A stretch of 64,000 nucleotides of DNA from the NCBI RefSeq assembly GCF_965216145.1, contig NZ_OZ244149.1:1013411-1077410 (forward strand), read 5' to 3'. The position numbers and the translations under genes were made by a program. Under the pieces are notes generated by a model that saw only the letters and a list, made by a program, of their open reading frames with translations, made no database searches and was not told the DNA's origin. Origin of the DNA: Candidatus Palauibacter sp. (GTDB lineage: Bacteria; Gemmatimonadota; Gemmatimonadetes; Palauibacterales; Palauibacteraceae). Of this stretch, positions 42,231 through 51,404 are shown in pieces. Within the stretch, counting starts at the first letter, position 1. Each line of letters begins with the position of its first letter.

Positions 42231-43073
42231 TTACGTTATCCCATCCTCCCGCAGAGCCGATATCCGCTCACTCAGTTCGTCGAGGAACTCCGACAGCGTC
42301 AGTTCGAACGCATCCGCAAACTTGTTCGCCGCCTCGACCGTGAGACGTACTTCCTCCTTCTCCAACCGCCGAACGTGCCTCTCCGACAGCCCCGGTATCT
42401 CCGTCTGCTTCAGCTGCCGCTCATGCCTCATGTCACGGAGAGCCCGCGACACATTCTCCATCTCGTACCGGCGGATTTCCACATCGGCCAGATGCATGGG
42501 ATCCACGGCCTGCAACATCTGAGACGGACCCATGTGCACATCCCGATCGGGCCAATGCAGGTAGGAACCGGGTGAATCGATCACGAACCGGCTGACCACG
42601 GCCGGCTCGAACCGCCTGACCTTGGGAAGCCTTCCGACCGGGAACTTCCATACGCTCATGTCCCCCAGGACCACCACCAGAGAGTCCTTGAGGACATAAG
42701 CGTCAAGGATGCCCTCCCACGCGGCCGGTCGCTTGAGCGCGATGACCAGACGCTTCACGACGGAAGGATCCCGGCACACTTGCAACCGCTGATCCGGCTT
42801 GTGGAGTCGAAGCGTCGAGGCGAGACGAAGCACCGCCTGCTCCGGCACGTCCAGCACAACCAGGTAGCGTGTATCCGTATCCACCCAGTTCGGAAGCCGG
42901 AGCCGGTCTTGGCCCAGCAACTCACTCGCCAGAGCCACGACGAGGCTCGGAGACGGTCCAGCCTGACCGGCGCCGGATAGCTGTTCCGCCAGAGAACGAA
43001 ACCCGTCGTCCGGCAAGCAATCCGTCACCGTCCCGCAGAAAGCAATGTGGCTGAACGGTCGTGTGTCACTCAT
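42231..43073 (-). CDS. DUF2442-like domain plus C-terminal XRE HTH protein
   Basis: GSYLHWPDRDVHMG resembles DUF2442; LRDMRHERQLKQ..LSERHVRRLEK is an HTH. Confidence 0.65.
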   Translation of the reverse strand: MSDTRPFSHIAFCGTVTDCLPDDGFRSLAEQLSGAGQAGPSPSLVVALASELLGQDRLRLPNWVDTDTRYLVVLDVPEQAVLRLASTLRLHKPDQRLQVCRDPSVVKRLVIALKRPAAWEGILDAYVLKDSLVVVLGDMSVWKFPVGRLPKVRRFEPAVVSRFVIDSPGSYLHWPDRDVHMGPSQMLQAVDPMHLADVEIRRYEMENVSRALRDMRHERQLKQTEIPGLSERHVRRLEKEEVRLTVEAANKFADAFELTLSEFLDELSERISALREDGIT

Positions 43074-43230
43074 CGGCTGACCGCTTCACCGCTGCGGCGG
43101 GTAGGGATCCCGGCCATATGTGTCCATCCCGTTGCGTGTCGAACACCTTCGTTGCCTTCGGGCTACCCGCGGGCTTGACTGCCCAACCGTCCTTTGTAGG
43201 GACAACGTGCTGGTTACGCTTCCTCGTCAT
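43066..43230 (-). pseudogene. DUF2188-like small protein, C-terminally truncated
   Basis: NQHVVPTKDGWAVK...FDTQ, then loses similarity. Confidence 0.6.
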
Positions 43231-43301
43231 GGTTTGCACCACCTCCACCCGCGATTACCGGACATGATCGTATCGTAATCTAGCTTATTTGTCCGGCCAA
43301 G

Positions 43302-44468
43302 GTGTCGTTATCGTGCCTCGAACGGCCCCATCGCCGCGGAGGGACCGATGTGAGCGTGTCAGGTTACATTTCTGGGCCCGCGAGAAGGCAGATGCCTTCT
43401 GGTGCCCTCAGATATCTCGGCGAAACCATCGATTGGAGGAGTAATCTGGCAACGCGATCCATACCATTGCTGATTCGTCGGCTCCGTCAGGCAGGCTTCG
43501 GAAGCGAGTTCGTCTCTGCCGCGATGCTACCCGATTGGTGGGATCAGAGCTGTGTGAACCAACCCGAGCTCCTCCCCGAAATCGAGATCCGGGTAGGCCG
43601 CTTCTTGGCAGTCCCGCTGTCGACCGTGAGCGACCCCGAAACAACGCTGGAGCCCTTTGGATACCCCGAGGCCCGACTTCGGTGCGTCCGGGACATCGGC
43701 CGCGACCGTCTGGCGCCAGCAATCCACGCTGCGATGAGGATCGCCGGCGCCGTGGTGCGCAACCTGAAGGAGCCGGTGCCGGCACCTACGGCCCCCCCTT
43801 CCGACGGACTCGCGTGGCGCCAAGAGATCCGGGGTCTCGACGGTAGCTCAGTCTTGGACGCCATCGTCGAAGACCTGTGGACGCGAGGGATTCCCGTTGT
43901 TCCAGCCCACCTGCTGCCGACGCCTGGTTTCCAGGGACTTGCCGCGGTGGTCGAGGACAGGCCCGTCGTCGTCTTGGGTCACAGGCATGACGAACCGGGC
44001 CGGGTCGCTTTCCGCATCGCCCATGAGGCTGGGCACATCGCAAAGGGGGATTGCACGCCTGATGCTCCGGTGGTCGATGAGGATGAGGAGATTCTGCAGG
44101 ACGACGAAATGGAGGCACTGGCAGACGAGTATGCGATCCGAGCGCTCGTTGGCGAAGCCGCGATTCCTGTGCCGAGCCCCAGCGCTCCTGGCAACTTCAG
44201 GGACCTGGCCACTCAGGCCGCAGCGGCGGCGCGGGAAACAGGCGTCGACGCGGGATCGATCATCTTCTCATGGGTGCGTACGGCGGGCGACTACGCGACT
44301 GCCACCAGGGCCACGAAAGCCCTGTACCTCGCAACCGGAGCCACCCGAATCCTACGGCAGTACTTCGAGAGGTTCGTAGACGTGGAGGGCGCGTCTCTGA
44401 GTGACCAGGAACTCATGAGGGTGATTGTCCCTGGGTCGCCTCCCAGCGCCGATGCGTCTTCTCGTTGA
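43302..44468 (+). CDS. ImmA/IrrE-family Zn metallopeptidase (start uncertain)
   Basis: RVAFRIAHEAGH...EALADEYA. Confidence 0.8.
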   Translation: MSLSCLERPHRRGGTDVSVSGYISGPARRQMPSGALRYLGETIDWRSNLATRSIPLLIRRLRQAGFGSEFVSAAMLPDWWDQSCVNQPELLPEIEIRVGRFLAVPLSTVSDPETTLEPFGYPEARLRCVRDIGRDRLAPAIHAAMRIAGAVVRNLKEPVPAPTAPPSDGLAWRQEIRGLDGSSVLDAIVEDLWTRGIPVVPAHLLPTPGFQGLAAVVEDRPVVVLGHRHDEPGRVAFRIAHEAGHIAKGDCTPDAPVVDEDEEILQDDEMEALADEYAIRALVGEAAIPVPSPSAPGNFRDLATQAAAAARETGVDAGSIIFSWVRTAGDYATATRATKALYLATGATRILRQYFERFVDVEGASLSDQELMRVIVPGSPPSADASSR

Positions 44469-44592
44469 CAGCGACGCGTTCTGCAACCTGGCGGCGTCCG
44501 GTCTCCTATCGGATGCCGCTGCGCTCTTTAACGCCGAGCTCGGCGAGTGCGGTCGACTGCCGGCGCTTCCCCACATGCTGCGGCGTGGACGA
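44452..44592 (+). pseudogene. PIN-like partner gene of the ImmA peptidase, truncated by IS21
   Basis: Overlapping start MRLLVDSDAFCNL (PIN-like first strand with DxD); fused to the IS21 fragment. Confidence 0.5.
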
Positions 44593-44594
44593 CT

Positions 44595-45157
44595 GCTGTA
44601 CCGGTAGCCGTCCGGATGCACCGTCCGGTACTCCCGCCACAACAGTCTGAGCGTGACGCCCTTGTGGCGCTGAAGCTCCCGGTGCACCCGGTCCCAGTCC
44701 GGCTCGGGGCGGGGAACCCGCGAGGGCGGAAGCGAGGGGAACAGCGCCGCCTCCAGAGCGGTGTCGTCCAGCCCCTCAGGCAGCGGCCAGGAGAGCCCCG
44801 CCGCGCTCGCCCGGCCCGCGTAGTCGCTCACCGTGCTGTTGGCGACGCCCAGCGAGGCGGCGATCTCGCGGTGGCTGCGCCCGAGCTCGTACTTCAGGCG
44901 CATCAGTTCTCTGAACTTGCGCATGGACAACCTCTTCCGCGACACCCTCTCCCTCCTCCGTCTCAAGGACCTCGTCGAGAAGGGAAAGAGGGGGGCGCTA
45001 CAGCAGGTTCTCCAGCACCGCTACTCGCTCACTCCAGGGTGATCGGCATGCCTCGGAATCACTGATCGGCATGCCTCGGAATCACTGATCGGCATGCCTC
45101 GGAATCACCGATCGGCATGCACTGGAATCGGTGATCGGCATGCGTCGGGAATCCGCA
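44595..45157 (-). mobile_element. IS21-family left-end remnant with truncated istA
   Basis: istA N-terminus (RLSMRKFRELMRL..GVTLRLLWREY..GYRYS); end starts TGCGGATTCC and carries tandem repeats. Confidence 0.85.
45039..45157. repeat. Five tandem ~23-bp repeats (GATCGGCATGCCTCGGAATCA core), IS21 terminal binding sites
   Basis: Contiguous repeats without spacers at the IS21 end. Confidence 0.85.
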
Positions 45158-45257
45158 TTCACGGCACACGCGATGGTCTGGAAATGCCGGCGCGCGGATC
45201 CACATCAAAACTCAATCTTGACCGCCACCGGAGGGGACCCCCTTTTCCTAGACTCAC

Positions 45258-46070
45258 ATGTCCCATTTGCCTTCAGAAGAGAGGCTGCCATTGTTCGTCT
45301 ACATCGATGAATCCGGCCACCCACATCCGAACGACCACCCACGACCGGTGGATGTTGGCGTATGCCTTAAACGAGAGGATGTGAGGCACATTGCAGGAGC
45401 CCTCCATCGTTTCAGTGAAGACTTCCGTGCCAGTATTGGCGGTTCGGCGACGCTCCGACGCGACGAGCGCGAAGGAAAAGCCACCGCCTTCCTAAGTCGG
45501 AAGGCGATATTGGGGCGCTGGCCCGCAAAACGTGTGTACGCGGACTCCGTGATGGATCTCATCCGGAACCTTGATGTTACGATCTTCGCTATGGTGATGG
45601 AGCGCCCGGACAGACCAATCTACCGCGGAGATGACTTCCTCCAGACCCAACACCGATGGATCCTGGAGAGGGTCGACACCCTGATCGAGAGGAAGGAGAC
45701 CGGACGTATGGCGACGGTGGTCTTCGACGGGCGCTCTCCCTCCGAGAACATCAGACTCGACAAGTGCTTCTCCAGCTTCTTTTTCCGTACGGCAGAAGGC
45801 CGCGCGATGACGCGGATCGTGCCTGGGGTGTTGTTTGTGGATTCGGAGATCACGCCGGGTATCAAACTAGCAGACTTCTGCGCCTACATTCTCAGAGTCT
45901 ACTACGAGCAGGGGCTTGATCGGCAGGAGCCGAGCGGTGACCCCTACCTTGCGACGATCAAGCGATATGCGGACATCATCCGACAGAAGACCTTCGATTG
46001 GGATGAGGATGGCGTGAGATTTTGGGGAATCCGTACGATGGGGAAAGATCATTTCCGTTATGCGGAGTAA
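45258..46070 (+). CDS. DUF3800 family protein (RNase H-like acidic motifs)
   Basis: N-terminal VYIDESG, central VVFD, and FVDSE..GIKLADFCAY. Confidence 0.85.
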   Translation: MSHLPSEERLPLFVYIDESGHPHPNDHPRPVDVGVCLKREDVRHIAGALHRFSEDFRASIGGSATLRRDEREGKATAFLSRKAILGRWPAKRVYADSVMDLIRNLDVTIFAMVMERPDRPIYRGDDFLQTQHRWILERVDTLIERKETGRMATVVFDGRSPSENIRLDKCFSSFFFRTAEGRAMTRIVPGVLFVDSEITPGIKLADFCAYILRVYYEQGLDRQEPSGDPYLATIKRYADIIRQKTFDWDEDGVRFWGIRTMGKDHFRYAE

Positions 46071-46083
46071 CCTACCCTTCCTT

Positions 46084-46157
46084 AAAAAACGGGAGCCAGT
46101 TGCGGCACCAAGGATCAAGAAGACCCTCTCCGGGCACCGCTCCCGGCTCCAGTTTTG
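46084..46157 (-). ncRNA. Putative DUF3800-associated structured small RNA, convergent with the gene
   Basis: Three stacked helices that pair fully only on the minus strand (G-U pairs), followed by a U6 tract; TTGACA upstream at 46182-46187. Confidence 0.65.
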
Positions 46158-46390
46158 GAACTTCTAAGGGTTCGAGGTTGTTGTCAACCCCTCTCCTCTT
46201 GGCGCGGCTTGGTGTACGAGATAAGGCCGTGGTGGTGTTCTCGGTCTCGTGCTCTTCGATTGAGTCCTGAGGCGAATCGGGGACAGCCGGCTGTGGGCGA
46301 TTCATGCCGGCCTGAGTCTTAGGGTTGAGAAGATCCCCGAACCGGGCCTAGCGAACGCGAAGCAGCCTTCCCAAACGGAGAAGCTGGGGG

Positions 46391-46873
46391 ATGTCACCCA
46401 TGACCGAGAAGATGCCTAGGTTCGACGCCCTCGCGCGACTCGAGCCCGTGGACCTGCGCGACTGCTGGAAGAACGAGGCTACGGACTTCACGCGCTGGCT
46501 CGCACGCGAGGAAAACACCCAACTCCTGGGCGACACGATCGGCGACGAGGCGAACGACGGTCCCGAATACCTGCACATCTCCTTCGACATCGACGTCATG
46601 GATCCGGCTTACACCTCGGGCACGGGGACGCCGGTTCCGGGAGGGCTGACGCCCCGGGAAGTGTTCTACATCGTCCGCGGGCTCTGCTCCGAGAACAACG
46701 TGGTGGGCTTCGACCTCGTCGAACTCAACGCGCTGGTCGACCCGGACTACACGACCGTGCTCAACGCCAAGCAGGTGGTGGACGAGTGCATGACGGGGAT
46801 CGCGCTCAGGAAACTGGGGCTCGGAAACCGGGACTACCTGAGCCCGCTGACGCGCGGGGACGGTCGGCGGTAG
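46391..46873 (+). pseudogene. In-frame chimera: DUF4268-type nuclease N-terminus plus agmatinase C-terminus
   Basis: LEPVDLRDCWKNEATDFTRWLA..LLGDTIG joined to HISFDIDVMDP..GTGTPVPGGLT..GFDLVE. Confidence 0.7.
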
Positions 46874-46936
46874 TCTCCCATCGCGCGCCAGCCTCGGGAG
46901 GACGCCGGTTTTCTCTCGAGAGAGGCATTTCACCGG

Positions 46937-47004
46937 TACGCTGAAAACGCCATATGGGTGAAATTCACTTGATGTTTTTCACCGTAGGCGCTATTTTCAG
47001 CGTA
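46937..47004 (+). promoter_or_regulatory. Inverted-repeat operator overlapping the promoter of the AbiE-like operon
   Basis: TACGCTGAAAA..GGTGAAA / TTTCACC..TTTTCAGCGTA; TTGATG-17 nt-TATTTT ends 6 nt before the ATG. Confidence 0.7.
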
Positions 47005-48110
47005 TGATGAAAACCCATGATTCAGTAAACGACCCAGGAATCGCCGCCTTGCACGCGGCCCGCGACCTGCTCGGACACGTGCCGCACCTGGAGGCCGGTG
47101 CGGTCCGCCAGGAGCACCTGCTCGGAAGGCACGCTCGCATAGACGGATGTATCGAGTTCGAGCACGGCGATGAGGCCTATGCCCTCCTCATCGAGGTCAA
47201 GCGGAGCGGTGCTCCTCGTTTCGTCCGTTCCGCAGTCTATCAGCTCAAGGGATACCTGGCGCATGCTCGCGAGTCCGCCCCCGGGGACCCCGGCCAACGA
47301 TGGATCCCCATGCTCGTGAGCCCATACTTGTCGCCCGAGTCCCGGTCGATCTGCATGGATCACGACGTCGCTTACCTGGACCTGGTCGGGAACGCACATC
47401 TCGCTTTCGATAACGTCTATATCGATCGGACCGTCGCTGACAGGCCCAAGTCCGCAACCCGCGCTCTAAGATCGATGTTCACGCCGAAGGCGGCCGCGAT
47501 TCTCCGGGTGCTCCTTCGCGATACTGCCCGGGCATGGCGCGTAACGGAACTGGCGGAAGCGGCCGACGCGAGCCTCGGCCACGTGAGTAACGTTCGCAAA
47601 GCTCTGCTGGCGCGGGAATGGATCGAGACGCAGAAGGACGGTGTCATCCTCGTCCAGCCGGATGCGCTACTGAAGACGTGGCGCGAGGAATACCGCAGGC
47701 CGACTGGCCGCCGCATCAGCGGGTACACGCTCTTCCATGGCAAGCAACTCCACGAGCGGCTGTCGGGAAAGCTCAATTCGGAACCACAGCGTCCGCGCGC
47801 AATCTACTCGTCGAATTCAGCCGCCCAATGGCTGGCGCCCTTCCTCCGTGGTGGCACGCACAACTTCTACGCCGACGAACCGGGCGCTCGGGTGTTGAAG
47901 GAGGTGTTGAAGCTGACCCGTGCCGAGAAAGGAGCAAATGTTACCGTGTGCATTCCGAAAGATGAGAGTCTACTCAAGGACGCTGTTGAGCCGGCGCCAA
48001 GCGTCTTCTGCACATGCCCGATCGTCACGTACCTCGATCTCTGGAACGGCAACGATCGGGATCGTGAAGCGGCCGACCACTTGGCTTCGAGGTGCTTTCC
48101 GTGGCTGTGA
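47004..48110 (+). CDS. Type IV TA antitoxin-like protein (AbiEi/DUF2186-like)
   Basis: IEVK, PYLS..YLDLVGNAHL, central wHTH, C-terminal PIVTYLDL..RDREAA. Confidence 0.75.
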   Translation: MMKTHDSVNDPGIAALHAARDLLGHVPHLEAGAVRQEHLLGRHARIDGCIEFEHGDEAYALLIEVKRSGAPRFVRSAVYQLKGYLAHARESAPGDPGQRWIPMLVSPYLSPESRSICMDHDVAYLDLVGNAHLAFDNVYIDRTVADRPKSATRALRSMFTPKAAAILRVLLRDTARAWRVTELAEAADASLGHVSNVRKALLAREWIETQKDGVILVQPDALLKTWREEYRRPTGRRISGYTLFHGKQLHERLSGKLNSEPQRPRAIYSSNSAAQWLAPFLRGGTHNFYADEPGARVLKEVLKLTRAEKGANVTVCIPKDESLLKDAVEPAPSVFCTCPIVTYLDLWNGNDRDREAADHLASRCFPWL

Positions 48111-48872
48111 CGGAGCCTCAATCCGCCGGCGACTACGATGACCGGACGACGGCGGCGGTCAAGTCCGTGTTGGTCGAGATCGGCCAGATCCTCGGCAGAC
48201 CTCGGTCTCGACGCCTCCGCCCTGGGCGACGGCGAATACGTTCGACTTGTCGAAGCCCCGCAGACACACGGCTACCAGCAACGGGAGAGTCTGCGGCGTT
48301 TCCAGCTCGTCCGCACCGTACCCTCCACGGACGGCGAACCCGACATCGACGTAGTCGTCGACTTCCTGATGCCGCGCGACGTGAAGATCGCAAAGAATAG
48401 GCCGCCGCTCATCAGCCAGTTCGCCGTCCAGCGTGCCGATGGGGCCGAACTGGCGCTCAGATTCTATCAGATGGTCGCCATCGAAGGAGATATGCCCGAT
48501 GGGGGCAGGAATCTCGTTCGTATCGCCGTTGCGTCGATTCCAGCCCTCCTGGCCATGAAAGGCTACGCCATCGCCAATCGGTTCAAACGCAAGGACGCCT
48601 ATGACATCTACTATTCGATCCGGAATTTTCCGGATGGGATGGACGCACTTGTAGAAGCAACCAGACCTCTTCTTGACGTACCATCGGCACGGCGAGGCTA
48701 CTGTTTGATCGCCGACAAGTTCCGTGACGTCGAAGACTTTGGACCGACGAGCGCCAGGCGGTTCGTGGAGGAAGCCGACCTGCTCGGCGACCGCACCGCG
48801 GATCAATGGCAGCAAGACGCCTTCGGACAGGTTGACGCATGGCTCAGAGAACTGGGCCTGAGGGTTACATGA
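48107..48872 (+). pseudogene. AbiEii-like nucleotidyltransferase toxin with internal deletion/frameshift
   Basis: MTEPQSA..EIGQILG (overlapping start) shifts frame to DLGLD..; the IGG..H.GT.D segment is missing; ALLAMKG..KDAYDI retained. Confidence 0.7.
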
Positions 48873-49156
48873 ACGCCATCAAGACGTTCTGCGACCGTTG
48901 GCAGGTGGAGGAACTGGCGCTGTTCGGGTCGGTGCTGCGCAATGACTTCGGGCCGGACAGCGACATCGACGTACTCGTCCGCTTCCGGGCGGAGCGAACG
49001 CCGGGTCTGTTCGGGATCGCCGGGATGGAGCGGGAACTGGCCGAGTTGCTCGCCCGCAGAGTCGATCTGGTGAACCGCGCCGCGATCGATGGGAGTCGAA
49101 ACTACATTCGCCGGAAGGCGATCCTGGAATCCACGCGGGTCGTTTATGCCCCGTGA
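48869..49156 (+). CDS. Minimal nucleotidyltransferase (MNT antitoxin), copy 1, N-terminally shorter
   Basis: LFGSVLRNDFGPDSDIDVLV, RVDLV. Confidence 0.85.
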   Translation: MNAIKTFCDRWQVEELALFGSVLRNDFGPDSDIDVLVRFRAERTPGLFGIAGMERELAELLARRVDLVNRAAIDGSRNYIRRKAILESTRVVYAP

Positions 49157-49158
49157 CC

Positions 49159-49285
49159 GTTTCTCGAACTAAGAAAATAACCCCGCCCGAGGCCTTTCGG
49201 CGTGTCGGGCGGGGAGCAAGTTTCCTAGTCAGGCGCGTATGCCGGACGTGTACCGAAGGATACAAACTCCCTGCACGGCCATCAA
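49159..49285 (-). ncRNA. Putative small RNA A, copy 1, with promoter
   Basis: TTGATG-17 nt-TATCCT; UACG-loop hairpin; 10-bp stem with GAAA-capped inner helix and U tract; repeated at 55553-55679. Confidence 0.6.
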
Positions 49286-49390
49286 CTCGAATCCCTCGAC
49301 GTGGTCGAGCGGCAGATCGCCGGTCCGGCCATCCATTGAGTCCCTGCTGATCGAGGCCGGGCGCGACTCCGGCAGCCCGGGAATGGACTG

Positions 49391-49822
49391 CTACGCGCGC
49401 AACTTTCTCGATCCGAACCAGACGCCCACGGCCCCGATCAGCGGGTTGAGCCAGTTGAACCATGCCGGGTGGAGGGCGCCCGCGGTCGCCTCCATCATCG
49501 ACACGTCATCGGGGCGCGGTCCCGCCGCCATCTCCACCGGCATCAGGGCCCTCACCACCCCGAGTACGATCACGATGGCGATCAGTATCGTGGCGGCCCT
49601 GGCATCGTGCGCCACCCTGGCACAGACTCGTCCGCCGATGTACGCCGCCACGAGCCCGAGCACGCCCGAGCCGAGTGCCCAGCCGCCGGGTACCTCCCAC
49701 GAACCCGGCTGGAAGGCGCGCGAGGGCCCCACCGTCAGCCACAGAAGCGAGAAGAGTGCGAAGAGCACGGCGGCCATGGCAATGTAGCCGACGATGGCGG
49801 CGAGGATGTTCCTGAGCATCAT
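49391..49822 (-). CDS. Small four-TM membrane protein
   Basis: Four hydrophobic helices; start overlaps the VOC gene stop. Confidence 0.75.
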   Translation of the reverse strand: MMLRNILAAIVGYIAMAAVLFALFSLLWLTVGPSRAFQPGSWEVPGGWALGSGVLGLVAAYIGGRVCARVAHDARAATILIAIVIVLGVVRALMPVEMAAGPRPDDVSMMEATAGALHPAWFNWLNPLIGAVGVWFGSRKLRA

Positions 49823-50220
49823 GTTCCTCCCTGAAGGTTCTCCTCTGAAATCTGGATCAGGTTGCCGCACGAATCGTCGAAAACTGCGACAGTAACACTC
49901 CCGAGGTCTGTTGGCGGCTGCACGAATCACACGCCTTTTGCCGTGAGACGCTCGTGCTCGGCTTCGATGTCATCGACTGCGAAGGAGGCACTGGGGATCC
50001 CGTCCTCCACAAGCGCAGCTTTGAACGGACGGACTGCGGGGTGGCCATCGGGCTCGAGCAGCAACTCCGTCCCCTCGGGAGCTTCCTCGGATACCACGGT
50101 GATCCAGGCGTGCTCTCCCATGGGGATGTTGTGCTTTACCCGAAAGCCGAGCGTCTCTGTGTAGAAACGAAGCGCCTTCTGTTGGTCGTCCACTAAGACG
50201 CTGGTCAGGTGGATTCTCAT
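49819..50220 (-). pseudogene. VOC/glyoxalase family protein with premature TGA
   Basis: VDDQQKALRFYTETLGF..ELLLEP..KGV*FVQPPTDLG..AVFDDSCGNLIQ; the frame continues past the stop at 49927. Confidence 0.8.
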
Positions 50221-50293
50221 TTCCCTACGTCCTCATCCGTTGAGTGTGAAGTGTCCTCGTCTGTCGAGGTGGGCCACCGTTCCCCGATTGCCT

Positions 50294-50629
50294 TCAGCGG
50301 GGCGCCCTCGAACCAGTGGAGCTTCGACCTACCGCATGCCGAGGTGTGACTTGCTCGGCGATCTCGCGACCCGCCTCGATCTCGGCCCGGCGAAGCTGCC
50401 AGGTCTTCTGAAGGTTCAACCAGAGTCGCGGCGTCGTCCCAAAGTACCTGCCCAACCGCAACGCCGTATCGGCGCTCACGCCGCGCTGGCCGTTGAGGAT
50501 CATGGTTACCCGGTTCACCGGCACGCCGAGCGCCTTGGACAGCGCGTTGGCCGACAGCCCGAGTTCGTCGAGTTCCTCGCGCAGGATTTCGCCCGGGTGC
50601 ACCGGCCTCATGCCGTTCCTCGCGTTCAT
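50294..50629 (-). CDS. higA: HigA family antitoxin
   Basis: PVHPGEILREE..LSANALSKAL..TALRLGRYFGTTPRLWLNLQ. Confidence 0.92.
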   Translation of the reverse strand: MNARNGMRPVHPGEILREELDELGLSANALSKALGVPVNRVTMILNGQRGVSADTALRLGRYFGTTPRLWLNLQKTWQLRRAEIEAGREIAEQVTPRHAVGRSSTGSRAPR

Positions 50630-50641
50630 GTCACACGCCTC

Positions 50642-50667
50642 TCAATGGTAAATCCACGATCTCGACC
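50642..50667 (-). pseudogene. 3' stub of higB toxin
   Basis: GTCGAGATCGTGGAT(T)TACCATTGA encodes VEIVDYH* with one extra base, the usual HigB C-terminus just upstream of higA. Confidence 0.65.
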
Positions 50668-50707
50668 GCTGAAAGCGCACTTCGAAGGCTTCCGATGGAT
50701 AGCATAA

Positions 50708-50903
50708 CTCCGCAAGTTGCGTTTTGGGTGAGATTTGACGATGCTCCGAACGTAATTCCTCAGGTCGTCCTCTACTGCACATGGCCTTCGGGCGCAGCAA
50801 GACGCTGAGGTAGGAGCCCCGGGGCCGTTTCGTCCTCGGGGCTCTTGCGTTTAGACGGCCCCGGACCCGAACGCCAGACCCTGCCGCGGGTGACCACCGA
50901 GAC
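50708..50903 (+). ncRNA. Putative small RNA B, copy 1, with promoter and terminator-like hairpin
   Basis: TTGCGT-17 nt-GATGCT; CTCAG/CTGAG-closed hairpin with cUUCGg loop; second long GC stem; repeated at 55672-55866. Confidence 0.6.
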
Positions 50904-51040
50904 GATACCTGCTCATCCCCGTCCGCCATCGTGTCCGCCCGCTTGATGCCTCGCCCGAAACGACCGAGCTTTGGTGTCGACCTCGGCGAGTACGGGCGCT
51001 CGGCGGTCAAGATCGTAGATCTGGCGTAGCGGAGGCTTCA

Positions 51041-51391
51041 GTGCAACCTGGGACAGAAACCGTCGAAGACCAGGAACGGCTGGCGGCGCGGATAGGCGTC
51101 CCCATGAACGTCATCAAGGCGTTCTGCGACCGTTGGCAGGTGGAGGAACTGGCGCTGTTCGGGTCGGTGCTGCGCAATGACTTCGGGCCGGAGAGCGACA
51201 TCGACGTACTGGTCCGCTTCCGGACGGAGCGAACGCCGGGTCTGTTCGGAATCGCCGGGATGGAGCGGGAACTAGCCGAGTTGCTCGCCCGCAGAGTCGA
51301 TCTGGTGAACCGCGCCGGGATCGAGGAAAGCCGAAACTACATTCGCCGGAGGGCGATCCTGGCATCCGCGCGGGTCGTTTATGCCCCGTGA
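51041..51391 (+). CDS. Minimal nucleotidyltransferase (MNT antitoxin), copy 2
   Basis: GSVLRNDFGPESDID; close paralog of 48869-49156. Confidence 0.87.
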   Translation: MQPGTETVEDQERLAARIGVPMNVIKAFCDRWQVEELALFGSVLRNDFGPESDIDVLVRFRTERTPGLFGIAGMERELAELLARRVDLVNRAGIEESRNYIRRRAILASARVVYAP

Positions 51392-51404
51392 GGGCAGGAC
51401 CGCT

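Noticed and set aside
45039-45157. 23-bp repeat array resembling a mini-CRISPR or iterons
   Set aside because: No spacers and no cas or rep gene. It lies at the end of an istA fragment and matches IS21 terminal repeats.
49927-49929. In-frame TGA in the VOC gene as selenocysteine or recoding
   Set aside because: Not a catalytic Cys position; a CGA-to-TGA nonsense change in a decaying region is simpler.
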